Below are positions 27,034 through 41,727 of a stretch of DNA of 64,000 nucleotides, piece by piece. The notes beneath the pieces are model-generated. The model saw nothing but the letters and a program-made list of their open reading frames with translations. It was not told the origin of the DNA and did no database searches. Origin of the DNA: Amphiscolops sp. MND2022 (lineage: Eukaryota); NCBI GenBank assembly GCA_964187785.1, contig OZ076409.1:73224001-73288000 (forward strand). The letters run 5' to 3'. A program made the translations under genes and the position numbers. Every line of letters starts with the position of its first letter. Position 1 is the stretch's first letter.

Positions 27034-30000
27034 GTGGGCGGGGGTAATTCCCCAACAAAAAAATCGGCCGGCGGGTCGGGTCCTGCCGGCCGTCCAAAAT
27101 CAAAATCCTCCTAGTAGAAAACGGCATGTCAAACGAGCTATTTTTTTATTTAACCATACGAATTTCACCATTTTTTGCATGCGGCCCTGAAATGGCCATA
27201 CGAGACGAAGTTCCTGCTGACGTTTTGCGATGTAAATGTTTTATAAAAAGTTATGGCCGATTTGTCATTCACCTAGAAGGGTAAAGTGAGGAAAATTTTA
27301 ACAAAGTCGCTGATAACTCAAAATGTGGTAATTTTTGGACTTTGACTGTGAAACAAGCTTGGAACCTTCATTTCGTGGCTGGGGCATTGGATTGAACACA
27401 AAAGATGTAAAGTTTTTACATTTTTTGAAAATTTGACATTTTTGAAATTTTTTTCACTACTATCAGTACCATATATGTCAAAAACACCTCAGAAAAAAAA
27501 TTTTATTTGCTTTAACTTGGAAACCTTGGTATCCATGGTTTCTGTCGGAACCTACTCGCAACCAAACAACCAACAGTTTGCATCCAATGTGAAAATAAAA
27601 AATTTTTCTGGGTCATAAGCGTTTCACAAGGATTTCTCAACTTAGTATTAATTTACAAAATGGTCATTTTGAACACAATATTTTCATCGAGGCTTGTCGG
27701 CTATAGCCTTAATGTTCTAGAACGGTCCCACTGGCAACGAAGGAACCATTTATAGTAATAGAAAGTTTAAAAAATATATTTTCACCCTGTTTTCAGTCAT
27801 TTTTCAGTCATTCGGAACTTAACTTAGAAAAATTTCGACCAAAATACCCATTTTTTGACAGATCGAAAATTCAAATTCAACTTTTTAAGCAAAATTAGTA
27901 ACTCTGACGTAACCAGTGGGGCTCATGATACTCAAAAACACGATTGGGACTGGTACCAATGGCTCCAATATCATATGAGCCGCGATAAGACGTTATTTTG
28001 AGCAATACGTCTCAATTGAGGGAAACATCTCGCAAGCCTGGGATCACAGTTAAAAGTGATTTCGTCAAAAATTTACTCTTTTTCGTCAATCACTATGTAC
28101 ACAGAGTGCGTAGGGTGAGTTTCAGCACTATAATGCGGTTTTTGAAGGAATCGGTCTGCTCAAGGGGTGGTATGAGACATTTTTTTTGCATGTAGTACTA
28201 TATTTCTCAAAACTTTTAGCCCAATATCTCGAAAAGCTCACTTCGCAAATTACTTTCAGTTACTCTATTCGAAGCTTAGAATATATATGAACACTGTGGT
28301 TGATCAGAAACTCTTGACTATTTTGTTTTTGGAAAAAAACTGCCTTGCATGTGTTACATTAGTGGCAGGAAAAATACCAGTAGCTCCAAAAATCACAATT
28401 TTGGATGGACAGACCTGCAATGATGCAAAGCAAAAACGTTTCAACAACTTCTGGCGCCACTTTTTTTACCCAAGAGGTTCGAAATTACTATTAACAATGC
28501 TGACATTCGCTATAAATAAGATCGAGGTCAATTTACCAACACTTAGGTTATACATTTATATCTGAGAAACCATTCTTTGTCAGGTCGCAATTTTAAATTC
28601 AGTTTGGGAAGCAATACTTTTCACTCTGAAGCAAACCGTTGGGCCCAAATTACTCAAAAACTACAAAAAGACTGTCACCATATGCCCTAATAGCATATGA
28701 GATTCGACCGTATGTTTTTAACACAAAAACTCTCATCCGAAGTAAACATGTTGAAAGGCTTGAATCACCGTGAGAAATGATTTCATCAAAAAATATTCCT
28801 TTTTCGTCAATCTTTATCTACACAGAACACGTTGTGTCATTTTCAGCCGTGAAATGAGCTTCTACCGTAATATGGGTTGCTCAAGGTGTTGTATAAGACA
28901 AAAACTTCCTCTTTTCTACTATCTTCTTCAAATATTTCAACCCTTTGTCACAAGAAGTTAATATTCAAAATCTCTTTGAAAGGTTTCTTTAGGTTGGGGT
29001 GAAGTGTTAGAACAATAGTTATGATCGAAGAATGATAGTATTGGTGTTTGGACCATGTCCGGATGAACAAATTGCAAAATCATGAAAAATTTCTTACCAT
29101 TTTTGGTCATTTTGTCAGTACTAAAAATGTTAGCTGAAAAAGAATTTTTTTGATGGCACCATTGGATTCCTCTCAAAAAGTTAGCTTTATGAACTGTGTA
29201 ATAACCCCGTATCTTTTCAATTTAAATAATTTTAAAAAGCAAACTTTTTTGACTAAAATCCTAAAAATCATACCATTTCCTAAAAAATTTCAAATGCCCC
29301 CCATTTGACGTATAAGAATAGCACAGAAAACTATCACATACCGATCGACTCTACTTCCATTGTAGATTACCAGAATTTTGTTTAGAACAATTTTTGACGG
29401 ATGCAAAAAAAATTTAAACCCTCCAAAAAAGGGCCAAAATTACACGAAAAAATTGACCTTAAAATTTTAAAATGTCGAAAAATCATCAAAACCACAGCTT
29501 CTTGGGGTTCTATCAACTCCACGTGGTCCACAGAGTATGTTAAAACAAGTTTTACCCGTATTTGAGCAAGATGTGAAAAAGCCGACTTTTTTGGGAATGA
29601 AAAACATACCATTTCCTAAAAAATTTCAAACGCACCCCATTTGACGTACAAGAATAGCACAGAAAACTATCACATACCGATCGACTCTACTTCCATTGTA
29701 GGTTACCAGAATCTTGTTTAGAACAATTGTTGACGGATGCAAAAAAAAAATTAAACCCTCCAAAAATGGGCCAAAATTACACGAAAAAATTGACCTTAAA
29801 TTTTTAAAATGTCAAAAAATCATCAAAACCACAGCTTCTTGGGGTTCTATCAACTCCACGTGGTCCACAGAGTATGCTAAAACAGGTTTTACATGTTTCT
29901 GAGCTATATGTGAAAAAACCGACATTTTGGGGAAGAAAAACATACCATTTCTTAAAAAATTTCAAATGCACGCCATTTGTCGTATGAGAATAGCACAGAA

Positions 30001-31797
30001 AACTATCACATACCGATCAAATCTACTTCTATTGTAGATTATCAGATTTTTGTTTAGAACAAATTTTTATGGATATAAAAAATTTTTAAACCCTCCAAAA
30101 ATGAGCCAAAATAACACGAAAAAATGGACCCTAAATTTTTAAAATGTCAAAAAATTATCCAAACCACAGCTTCTTGGGGTTCTATCAGCTCCACGTGGTC
30201 CACAGAGTATGCTAAAACAGGTTTTGCCCGTTTTTGAGCAGTATATGAAAAAGCCGACATTTTTGGGGAAGAAAAACATACCATTTCCTATATAATTTCA
30301 AATGCAGGCAATTTGCCGTATGAGAGTAGCACAGAAAACTATCACACACCGATCAACTCTACTTCTTTTGTAGATTATCAGAATTATGTTTAGAGTAAAG
30401 TTTTATGGATATGAAAAATTTTTATACCCTCCAAAAATGGGCCAAAATGACACGAAAAAATTGACCTCAAATTTTTAAAATGTCAAAAAATTATCCAAAC
30501 CACAGCGTCTTGGCGTTCTATCAACTCCAAATGACCTTCATAGTATACCAAACCAGGTATTGCCAATCTTTTGAGCAATATTTAAAAACACCGACTATTT
30601 GGCAAGAACACCATAATATGTTCCATATAAGAAGTGAATCATTCCACATATATACCCGGTCTAATATTTCCAAATTAGCGATAACATTAATACATGATGG
30701 TTTTTGAAAGTGAGCTTCATAAGAGGTTGAGATGTAATAATACGTAAATGGACCCTAAGTTTCATTGAAATCTCAATGGAATACGTCCAATCAACTTCAA
30801 TCCTAACTATTATATAACAAAAAACACTTGAGTACATTCCATCTCCCCATCGGGGGAGATGAGAATGTACTTTTCAAAAGCCAAAAACTTCGAATTTTAA
30901 ATCTTTTGTAACATTGTATGTAACTGTTGAAACGATGAACGAATGAAAATGCTTCTAGTACCTTCATCAATTTTTGCTTCAGCTCCTATTTCTGCAGAAC
31001 AAAACCAAAAGACACACTTACAGCAGTTAAGTTCGATTGTATAACTCAGTGAGTAAAGGTATGACTGAGGAAGTTCACAAGTTGTTTCAAAAGTTTCCGG
31101 CCTTCCAAAATCATGAAACGTCCACACAACCAAGATAGCAAGTGAAAGAATGCTGAATGCACCTTATTAGATGAGATAAATAATGTGTGGAACTTGCCAT
31201 TATCTCAAGATGACGTTGATTTATGATCTTTTAAGGATAGTTCGATATGTGACCACAATAGTGGAAAACTTATTACTATTTGAAGAACACCGTGGAAAGC
31301 GTTCAGAAAGGACAGTATATTTGTTTCGAGCATGCATGCGTGTGTTCCTTTGGTGACGTTAGCTTAGTGTACATGACGGAGGTATTCGAGAGATTATGAT
31401 AGAGTTTACTCACAAGTCTTTGTTTTTTTAAACTTTCTATGCCGTTGAGTACATTCGTAAGGTACATCCATCCCCTTCTCTGGGAATGTACGTTTGCCAA
31501 ATGACTGTCATCCAAAATTCGTAATCCGGACGAGTTTAACTACATAAACATGTGATGAGCGTTTTCAATTCACAACCGAATAACATTTTTTTTCTCGAAA
31601 ATGATGATGGTTTTGATTTTGATGTCTTCTACTTTTATCATCATGCAAACGACCTTACCATGTCTCTCTTCTGTCGTCATTTGTACAACGCCACATAGCG
31701 TTCCGACGCCCACCGTCTGTGGGCATGCCGAGGCATGCCCTTCGACGACGTATGCCAAATGAGCCATACCCGCACTCTGGAGTGCGGTAGCGGCTAG
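27034..31797 (+). mobile_element. Unit 7: long class, subfamily B (4764 bp)
   Basis: Junction-bounded near-copy of unit 2, with H1 at 30831-30871. Confidence 0.75.
29264..30560 (+). repeat. Internal 336-bp tandem repeat (~3.8 copies)
   Basis: Same monomer as 1470-2760. Confidence 0.88.
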
Positions 31798-33793
31798 GTG
31801 GGCGGGGGTAATTCCCCAACAAAAATTACGGCCGGCGGGTTGGGTCCTGCCGGACGTCAAATAGCAAAGAATATCTAGTAGGAAACGGCGACACAGAATC
31901 GCGATTTTTAAATCTAACCACAATTTTTTGGACTTGGAGTGCATGCGGCCCTGAAATGCCCATACGAATCGAAGTTCCTGCTGACGTTAAGCGATTGAAA
32001 TAATATATAAAAAGTTATGGCCCATTTTTCACTCACAAAGAAGGGTAAAATGAGGAAATTTTTAACAAAGTCGCTGATAACTCAAAATGTGTTAATTTTT
32101 GGACATTGACTGTGAAACAAGCTTGGAACCTTCATTTCGTGGCTGTGGCATTGCACTGAACACAAAAGATGTAAAGTTTTTACATTTTTTGAAAATTCGA
32201 CATTTTTGAAATTTTTTTCACTACTATCAGTACCCCATATGTCAAAAACGCTTCAGAAAAAATTTTTTATTTGCTTTAAATTGGAAACCTTGGTATCCAT
32301 GGTTTCTGTCGGAACCTACTCGCAGCCAAACACTCAACAGTTTGCATCCAATGTGAAAATAAAATTTTTTTCGGGGTCATAAGCGTTTCACAAGGATTTC
32401 TCAACTTAGTATTATTTTACAAAATGGTCATTTTGAACACAATATTTTCATCGAGGCTTGTCGGCTATAGCCTTAATGTTCTAGAACGGTCCCACTGGCA
32501 ACGTAGGAACCATTTATAGTAATGGAAAGTAATAAAAAAATATTTTCACCCGGTCTTCAGTCATTTTTCAGTCATTCGGAACTTAACTTAGAAAAATTTC
32601 GACCAAAATACCCATTTTTTGTCAGGTCGAAAATTCAAATTCAGTTTTTTAAGCAAAATTATTAACTCTGACGTAACCCATGGGGACCATGATACTCAAA
32701 ACAACGATTGACACTGGTATCAATGGCTCCAATAACATATGAGTCGCGATAAGACGTTATTTTGAGCAATACGTCTCAATTGAGGTAAAGATCTCGCAAG
32801 CCAGCGATCACTGTGAAATGTGATTTCATAAAAAATTTACTCATTTTTGTCAATCACTATGTGCACAGAATGCGTAGGGTGAGTTCCAGCACTATAATGA
32901 GGTTTTTGAAGGCATCGAGTTGCTCAAGGGGTGGTATGAGACATTTTTTCCCTATATACTACTGTATTTTCCAAAACTTTTACCCCATTATCTGGAGAAA
33001 CTAACTTGAAAAAATACTTGCAATAACTTTATTTAAAGGTTACAATGTAGATGAACCCTGTGGTTGATCAGAAACTCTCATCTCATTCGTTTTCCTGAAT
33101 AATTCCCTTCGAATGTGTTACATTTGTAGCAGAAAAAAAACCGAACCAAAAAAAATACGCGATTTTGCTGAGATAGAATCGCAATGGTTACGCCTAAAAT
33201 CTCTTTAAATACTTCTAACGCGACCTTACGGACCCAAAAAGATTGAAAATGCCATTCACAATGCTGACATGTGCTCTTTCTACGATCCTGGCTTGACAAG
33301 TTTTGCATATTATTCAAGTACCTGTTAACTGAATTTTGTGATAGCCTTTCAAGTTGGCCTTGTGTCAACTTGGGAAGGCTATCACATAAAAAAACTTTCA
33401 TCAAAAATACTTTTCGTTTAAACGATATTGTATTCGATATTTATTTTCGTGATTTTACACTACCGCTAGTACCTTCCGCCAGGTCAGCTGACGTTTGCAA
33501 GCAGCCTTTGTTAAAAACCTATGAACACCAATATTTTTTTCTCATACTTTTGTTGAAGAAAAGTACAAATAAACAATAAAAATATAATTTTAACCTTTAA
33601 CAACACTAATTTGTCTTTATCGTTATCAGTCCTACCACCCATACCCATCATCATCCTATGCCACGGCCCGGTGATTAGTACAACGTCACATAGTGTAGCG
33701 ACGCCCACAGTCTGTGGGCATGCCGAGGCATGCCCTTCGACGACGTATGCCAAATTTAGCGTAGCCCGCGGTCACTACCGCGGTAGCAGCTAG
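31798..33793 (+). mobile_element. Unit 8: 2-kb class, family S (1996 bp)
   Basis: Junction-bounded, with H2 at 33340-33383. Confidence 0.75.
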
Positions 33794-35780
33794 GTGGGCG
33801 GGGGTAATTCCCCAACAAAAAAATCGGCCGGCGGGTCGGGTCCTGCCGGCCGTCCAAAATCAAAATCCTCCTAGTAGAAAACGGCATGTCAAACGAGCTA
33901 TTTTTTTATTTAACCATTAGAATTTCACCATTTTTTGCATGCGGCCCTGAAATGGCCATACGAGACGAAGTTCCTGCTGACGTTTTGCGATGTAAATGTT
34001 TTATAAAAAGTTATGGCCGATTTGTCATTCACCTAGAAGGGTAAAATAAGGAAAATTTTAACAAAGTCGCTGATAACTCAAAATACGTTAATTTTTGGAC
34101 TTTGACTGTGAAACAAGCTTGGAACCTTCATTTCGTGGCTGTGGCATTGCATTGAACACAAAAGATGTAAGGGTTTTACATTTTTTGAAAATTCGACATT
34201 TTTGAAATTTTTTTCACTACTATCAGTACCCCATATGTCAAAAACACCTCAGAAAAAAATTTTTATTTGCTTTAAATTGGAAACCTTGGTATCCATGGTT
34301 TCTGTCGGAACCTACTCGCAGCCAAACACCCAACAGTTTGCATCCAATGTGAAAATAAAATTTTTTTCGGGGTCATAAGCGTTTCACAAGGATTTCTCAA
34401 CTTAGTATTAATTTACAAAATGGTCATTTTGAACATAATATTTTCATCGAGGCTTGTCGGCTATAGCCTTAATGTTCTAGAACGGTCCCACTGGCAACGT
34501 AGCAACCATTTATAGTAATATAAAAGGTTAAAAAATTTTTTTCACCCGGTCTTCAGTCATTTTTCAGACATTCGGAACATAACTTAGAAAATTTTCGACC
34601 CAAATACCCATTTTTTGTCAGGTCGAAAATTAAAATTCAGCTATTAAAGCAAAATTATTTACTCTGACGTAACCAGTGGGGCCCATGATACTCAAAAACA
34701 CCATTGGCACTGGTACCAATGGCTCCAATAACATATGAGTCGCGATAAGACGTTATTTTGAGCAATACGTCTGAATTGAGGTAAAGATCTCGCAAGCCAG
34801 CGATCACTGTGAAGTGTGATTTCATCAAAAATTTACTCATTTTTGTCAATAACTATGTGCACAGAGTGTGTAGGGTGAGTTCCAGCACTATAATGAGGTT
34901 TTTGAAGGCATCGGGTTGCTCAAGGGGTGGTATGAGACATTTTTTTCCTATATACTACTGTGTTTTCCAAAACTTTTAGCCCATTATCAGGAAAAAATAA
35001 TTTGACAAAATACTTTCAACTACTTTATTCAAAGGTTACAATATAGATGAACACTGTGGTTGATCAGAAACTTTCATCTCTTTCGTTTTCCGAAATAATT
35101 CCCTTCGAATGTGTTACATTTGTAGCCGGAAAAAAACCGAAACTAAAAAATACGCGATTTTGCTGAGATAGAACCGGGATAATTGTGTCTAAATACTCTT
35201 TAAATACTTCTAACGCGACCTTACGGACCCAGAAGGATTAAAAATGCCACTCACAATGCTGACATGTGCTCTTTCGACGATCCTGGCTGGACAAGTTTTG
35301 CAAATTTTTCAAGTAACTGTTAACTGAATTTTGTGATAGCCTTTTAAGTTGGCCTTGTGTCAACTTGGGAAGGCTATCACATCAAAAAACTTTCAACAAA
35401 AATATTTTTGTTTATTGGATATTGCTGTCGATACCTTTTTTTGTGATTCTATACTACCGTTAGTATATTCCATCAGGTCACCAGACGATTGTATTCAGTA
35501 TTTGATTAAAACTTATGAACTCGAAGTCTTTTTCATATGTTTCTTGTTCAAAAAAATTATCAAAAAATTTTATATTATAAACAATTGAGTCTTTAACTTT
35601 TTTATTTCCCAATTTTGCAGTGTTATTAGGCTCATCAACTTCCTACTGCCACATCCAGACATTAGTACAACGCCACAAAGTGTTGCGACGTCCACCGTCT
35701 GTGGGCATGCCGAGGCATGCCCTTCGACGACGTATGCCAAAAATAGCGCCCTCCGCGGTCACTACCGCGGTAGCAGCTAG
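33794..35780 (+). mobile_element. Unit 9: 2-kb class, family S (1987 bp)
   Basis: Junction-bounded, with H2 at 35335-35378. Confidence 0.75.
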
Positions 35781-37751
35781 GTGCGGGGGGGTAACCCCAA
35801 CAAATATATTGGAGGATTCGGGTAGGGTCCTGAATCCGATTTTAACTCTAATAGCTATCGATAGGAAATCTTGCAAAAATTTCGGGATCTCGTGATCTAA
35901 CCATAGGATTTTAAAGTTGGAGCGGCCCCCACCAGATTTTCCGAAAATTAGCGCCCCCCACCGGGTTCCATACCCCGCAAAATTTTTTTCTATCCACACG
36001 GGCGACCGTTAGGGGGTCATTTTAGGGGTAAAATTCATATTGGGCCACATAACTTTTTTTCTGTTGATTTAAACCTTTGGAACCCTGCTAAAAGTTTCTT
36101 GACCGTGTTGCAGGGGCCCCGAAGGTCCAAACCAAATTTTTCTATCTTGAAGCTATCTCCAAGTACCCCCCCGCTCAAACCGTTATTTTTCCGGAAACGC
36201 AGGTTTTTGACCCGGAAGGAGTCGTCTGAGCGCGGGGTCGTTAGGTGATGTATTGGGGACGGCCTTGAGACGAAGTGGGGGACAAGTAGTTTGCCAACCT
36301 CAATTTACCCCCCGGACGGGAAATGACCGTTATATGAGCGTGAAAAATGCCCCCCTCCACGTTTTACCGCTATTTCCGGTGTGAAGGAGTGGGAGTAGCG
36401 CGTCGGGTGTTATATAACAAAAGTAGGTTTAGACATGGACCTATCGGAAACATGTAGTTTGGGACCCCCTGGACCAACCCGTTAGCGGGAAATGGGGCTT
36501 CCGCCTCCTTTTTTTAGTGCTAAAACCGTAAAATGGGCATTGAGGGGTAAATATCTCGTGAACGCGTGGAGCAATCGTGTCCATCACTACTACAAGGTTT
36601 CATACCCATGATATGGTGCCTTCAGGGGGGCAAACAGATTTCCGCTATCTATCACCGTTACCGACTTGGCCCCCCAGCCTAACCGCTATGTGACCGGAAA
36701 TGTCACTTTTTGAGCCCAAAGGGTCGGTCCCAGCCGGGGAACGTTAGGTAACTTATTGTAGTACTCAATGAGACGAGTTGAGGGATATAGTTTCAGTCAC
36801 CCCCCGTTACCCCTTGGGACCGGAAATGACCGTTATGTGGGTAAAATTGCAATTTTTATACTTTTTCAAGTGTATTTAGGTGCGGAAGGAGTGGTAATAG
36901 GTGCTTGGACACTATATGAGGTAAGGGAGGACGTGAGGCGAGCATTCGGAAATAACCGTTATGTTGACCCTAAAGTCCCCCTGGTACCGTAAACGACCGG
37001 AAATGGTCAAATTTTATGTCTATTGGGTACAAATGTTTTGTATTTTGTAGATAAAAGTATCTATTAGGTGTTTCGACGGTCTACAGTAGTGAACATAGTC
37101 ATGAAACCTTGTGGGGGGTAACGGTATATAGCACCGGAAGTCAAACCGTTGGAGACAGGATAGGTTTTTTGGTTTTAAAATGTCTTTCGGCGTAATTTTT
37201 TCGACTCTTGTGGACTATTTTTAAAAATTAAAGTTTTTCCATATAGTTTCAGAGACTCCGAAACCTCAACCAACATAACCGTTACCTTATGATAGCCTTT
37301 CAAGTTGGCCTGGTGTCAACTTGGAAGCGCTATCCTTCTGAAATCGTTAATCAAGAGTGTTTTTGGGTAGGTATATATTGCATTAGTACCAATTAGAGCT
37401 TCATCAACAGTGTATCAACGACAAAAACTATGCCGTCATGATTCCGTTATTAGAATCATAGTGAGCAAATTGTTGAAAAAAATGGTTTTTTCCATACAAA
37501 ATGTGTCCTAAATGCCAGGAAACCTATTTACCTAACAAATGGTATTATTTGGAATGTTTGTAACAGATTTATAAAAGTTCAAATTGAATATTACATTTCA
37601 TTATGGAAGCTGAAACGTCATATTTTAGTTTAATTAACGTCAATGCCACACACTTTACATCAACGCACACCGTCTGTGGGCATGCCGAGGCATGCCCTTC
37701 GACGACGTATGACAAATCCTTATCAAACGACGCCCGTACATCCCGGGCTAG
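35781..37751 (+). mobile_element. Unit 10: 2-kb class, family D (1971 bp); GC-richer interior not visibly alignable to family S
   Basis: Starts GTGCGGGGGGGTAACCCC and is homologous to 60985-62958. It still carries H2 (37291-37334) and the terminal module. Confidence 0.75.
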
Positions 37752-39740
37752 GTGGGCGGGGGTAATTCCCCAACAAAAAAATCGGCCGGCGGGTCGGGTC
37801 CTGCCGGCCGTCCAAAATCAAAATCCTCCTAGTAGAAAACGGCCGGTCAAACGAGCTATTTTTTTATTTAACCGTTAGAATTTGGGTTTAGATTGCATGC
37901 GGCCATGAAATGGCCATACGAATGGAAGTTCCTGCTGACGTTTTGCGATTGAAACACTTTATAAAAAGTTATGGCCCATTTTTCACTCATCGAGAAGGGT
38001 AAAATGAGGAAATTTTTAACAAAGTTGCTGATAATTCAAAATACAATAATTTTTGGACTTTGACTAAGAAACAAGCTCGGAACAGTCATTTCGTGGCTGT
38101 GGCATTGCACTGAACACAAAAGATGCAAAGTTTTTATATTTTTTGAAAATTCGACATTTTTGAAATTTTTTTCACTACTATCAGTACCCCATATGTCAAA
38201 AACACCTCAGAAAAAAATTTTTATTTGCTTTAAATTGGAAACCTTGGTATCCATGGTTTCTGTTGGAACCTACTCGCAGCCAAACACCCAACAGTTTGCA
38301 TCCAATGTGAAATAAAAAATTTTTTCGAGGTCATAAGCGTTTCACAAGGTTTTCATGATTTAGTATTAAATTACAAAGTGGTCATTTTAAACATAAAATT
38401 TTGGTCCAGGCATGTCGGATATAGTCTGAATGCTCACGAACGGTCCTACTGGCAACGTAGGAACCATTTATAGTAATAAAAAGTATTAAAAAATTTTTTT
38501 CACCCGGTCTTCAGTCATTTTTCAGACATTCGGAACTTAACTTAGAAAATTTTCGAACCAAATACCCATTTTTTGTCAGGTCGAAAATTGAAATTCAGCT
38601 ATTAAAGCAAAATTTTTTACTCTGACGTAACCAGTGGGGTCCATGATACTCAAAAATACGATTGGGACTGGTACCAATGGCTCCTATATCATATGAGCCG
38701 CGATAAGACGTTATTTTGAGCAATACGTCTCAATTGAGGTAAACATCTCGCAAGCCTGGGATCACAGTGAAATGTAATTTCATCAAAAAATTACTCATTT
38801 TCGTCAATCACTATGTGCATAGAGTGGGTAGGGTGAGTTCCAACACTATAATGAGGTTTTTGAAGGCATCGGGTTGCTCAAGGGGTGGTATGAGTCATTA
38901 CTTTCCTATATACAACTGTATTTTCAAAAACTTTTAGCCCATTATCTGGAAAAACTAACTTGACAAAATACTTTCAATTACTTTATTCAAAGGTTACAAT
39001 ATAGATGAACCCTGTGGTTGATCAGAAACTTTCATCTCTTTCGTTTTCCGAAATAACTCCTTTCAAATGTGTTACATTTGTAGCAGGAAAAAAAACTGAA
39101 ACTAAAAAATACGCTATTTTGCTGAGATAGAATCGCAATGGTTGCGCCTAAAATCTCTTTAAATACTTCTAACGCGACCTTACGGACCCAAAATGATTAA
39201 AAATGCCATTCACAAGGCTGACATGTGCTCTTTCTACGATCCTGGCTGGACAAGTTTTGCATTTTTTTCAAGTACCTGTTAACTGAACATTGTGATAGCC
39301 TTTCAAGTTGGCCTTGTGTCAACTTGGGAAGGCTGTCACATCAAAAAACTGTCAACAAAAATACCATTTGTTTATAAGATATTGCTGTCGATGCTTCACT
39401 TCGTGATTCGATCATGTCGTGAGTTCCTTCCATCAGGTCAGCTAACATTTGGATTCAGTGTTTGATAAGAACCTATGATTTTCATGACAATTTTTGTTTT
39501 TTTTGCAAACAAAAAGTACGAATAAATGATATAAAACATATTTGTAACCTTTAGGAAGTTTAACTTTACCTTTATTTACCGTTACCATCACCACCCACCC
39601 CCTACGATCTCGCAGTGTCCTCATTACAACGCCACATAGTGTAGCGACGCCCACAGTCTGTGGGCATGCCGAGGCATGCCCTTCGACGACGTATGGCAAA
39701 TATAGCGTTAGCCCGCGGTCACTACCGCGGTAGCAGCTAG
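37752..39740 (+). mobile_element. Unit 11: 2-kb class, family S (1989 bp)
   Basis: Junction-bounded, with H2 at 39294-39337. The body closely matches unit 4. Confidence 0.75.
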
Positions 39741-41727
39741 GTGGGCGGGGGTAATTCCCCTTCAAAAAATTCGGCCGGCGGGTTGGGTCCTGCCGGACGT
39801 CAAATAGTGTGAAACATCCAGTAGGAAACGGCGACATAAATCAGCGATTTTAAAATTTAACCGTTAGAATTCAGACTTGGAGTGCATGCGGCCCCAAAAT
39901 GCCCATACGAATCGAAGTTCCTGCTGACGTTAAGCGATAAAAACATTTTATAAAAAGTTATGGCCCATTTTACGTTCACCTATAAGGGTAAAATGAGGAA
40001 AATTTTTACAAAGTCGCTGATAACTCAAAATACATTAATTTTTGGACTTTGACTGTGAAACAAGCTTAGAACCTTCATTTCGTGGCTGTAGCATTGCAGT
40101 GAACACAAAAGATGTAAAGTTTTTACATTTTTTGAAAATTCGACATTTTTGATTTTTTTTTCACTACTATCAGTACACTATATGTCAAAAACACCTCTGA
40201 AAAAAAATATTATTTGCTTAAAATTGGAAACCTTGGTATCCATGGTTTCTGTCGGAACCTACTCGCTGCCAAACACCCAACAGTTTGCATCCAATGTGAA
40301 ATTAAAATTTTTTTTGAGGTCTTAGGTGTTTCACAAGGATTTCTCAACTTAGTTTCAATTTACAAATTGGTCATATTGAACACAATATTTTCATCGAAGC
40401 TTGTCAGATACCGCCCTAATGCTCACTAATGGGCCTACTCGCAACGTTGGAACCGTTTATAGTAATAGAAAGATTAAAAAAAATATTTTCACCTGGTCTT
40501 CAGTCATTTTTCAGTCATTCGGAACTTAACTTAGAAAAATTTCGACCAAAATACCCATTTTTTGTCAGGTCGAAAAATCAAATTCAGATTTTTAAGCAAA
40601 ATTATTTACTCTGACGTAACTAGTGGGCCCCATGATACTCAAAAACACGATTGGGACCGGTACCAATGGCTCCAATTTCATATGAGCCGCGATAAGACGT
40701 TATTTTGAGCAACACGTCTCAATAGAGGTAAACTTCTCGCAAGCCTGGGGTCACAGTGAAAAGTAATTTCATCAAGAATTTACTCATTTTTGTCAATCAC
40801 TATGTGCACAGAGTGCGTAGGGTGCGTTTCAGCACTTTAATGAGGTTTTTGAAGGCATCGGTCTGCTCAAGGGGTGGTATGAGACATTTTTTTCCTGTAT
40901 ACTACTGTATTTTCCAAAACTTTTAGCCAATTATCTGGAAAAACTAACTTGACAAAATACTTTCAATTACTTTATTCAAAGGTTACAATATAGATGAACC
41001 CTGTGGTTGATCAGAAATTCTCAACTACTTTGTTTTCCGGAAAAAATCACTTCGCATCTGTTACATTTGTAGCATGAAAAAAAGCAGAATCTAAAAAATA
41101 CGCAATTTTGTTAAGATAGAATCGCGTTGATTGTGCCTAAAAAGTTAATAAACACGTCTTACGCCACCATACAGACCCAAAATGATTGAACATGTCAATC
41201 AGAATGCTGACATGTTTTCTATCTACGATCAAGGTTGGACAATTTTTGCATTATTTTCAAGTACCTGTTAACTGAATCTTGTGATAGCCTTTTAAGTTGG
41301 CCTTGTGTCAACTTTGGAAGGCTATCACATCAAAAAATTATCAACAAAAATGCTTTTTGTTTATACAATGTTGTTTTCGATAAACATTTTTGCGATTCTA
41401 AGCTACCGTTAGTACCTTCCATGAGGTCAGCTAACAATAGCATGCAGTCTCTGATAAAAAATTATGAACTCAATTACATTTTTCTAAAATTTTTCTCAGA
41501 GAAAAGTACAAATAAATAAAAACAATATAAAATTCTAATCTCAAACAACTATAAATTGTTTGTTTTTCACCGTAATTAGTTTACGACCCATCACCCTATG
41601 TCACGGCACCGTCATTAGTACAACGCCACATAGTGTTGCGACGTGCACAGTCTGTGGGCATGCCGAGGCATGCCCTTCGACGACGTATGCCGAATACCGC
41701 GGGCCTACGCCCGCGCTCCCCGGCTAG
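39741..41727 (+). mobile_element. Unit 12: 2-kb class, family S (1987 bp)
   Basis: Junction-bounded, with H2 at 41283-41326. The last ~540 bp are shared with unit 18. Confidence 0.75.
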
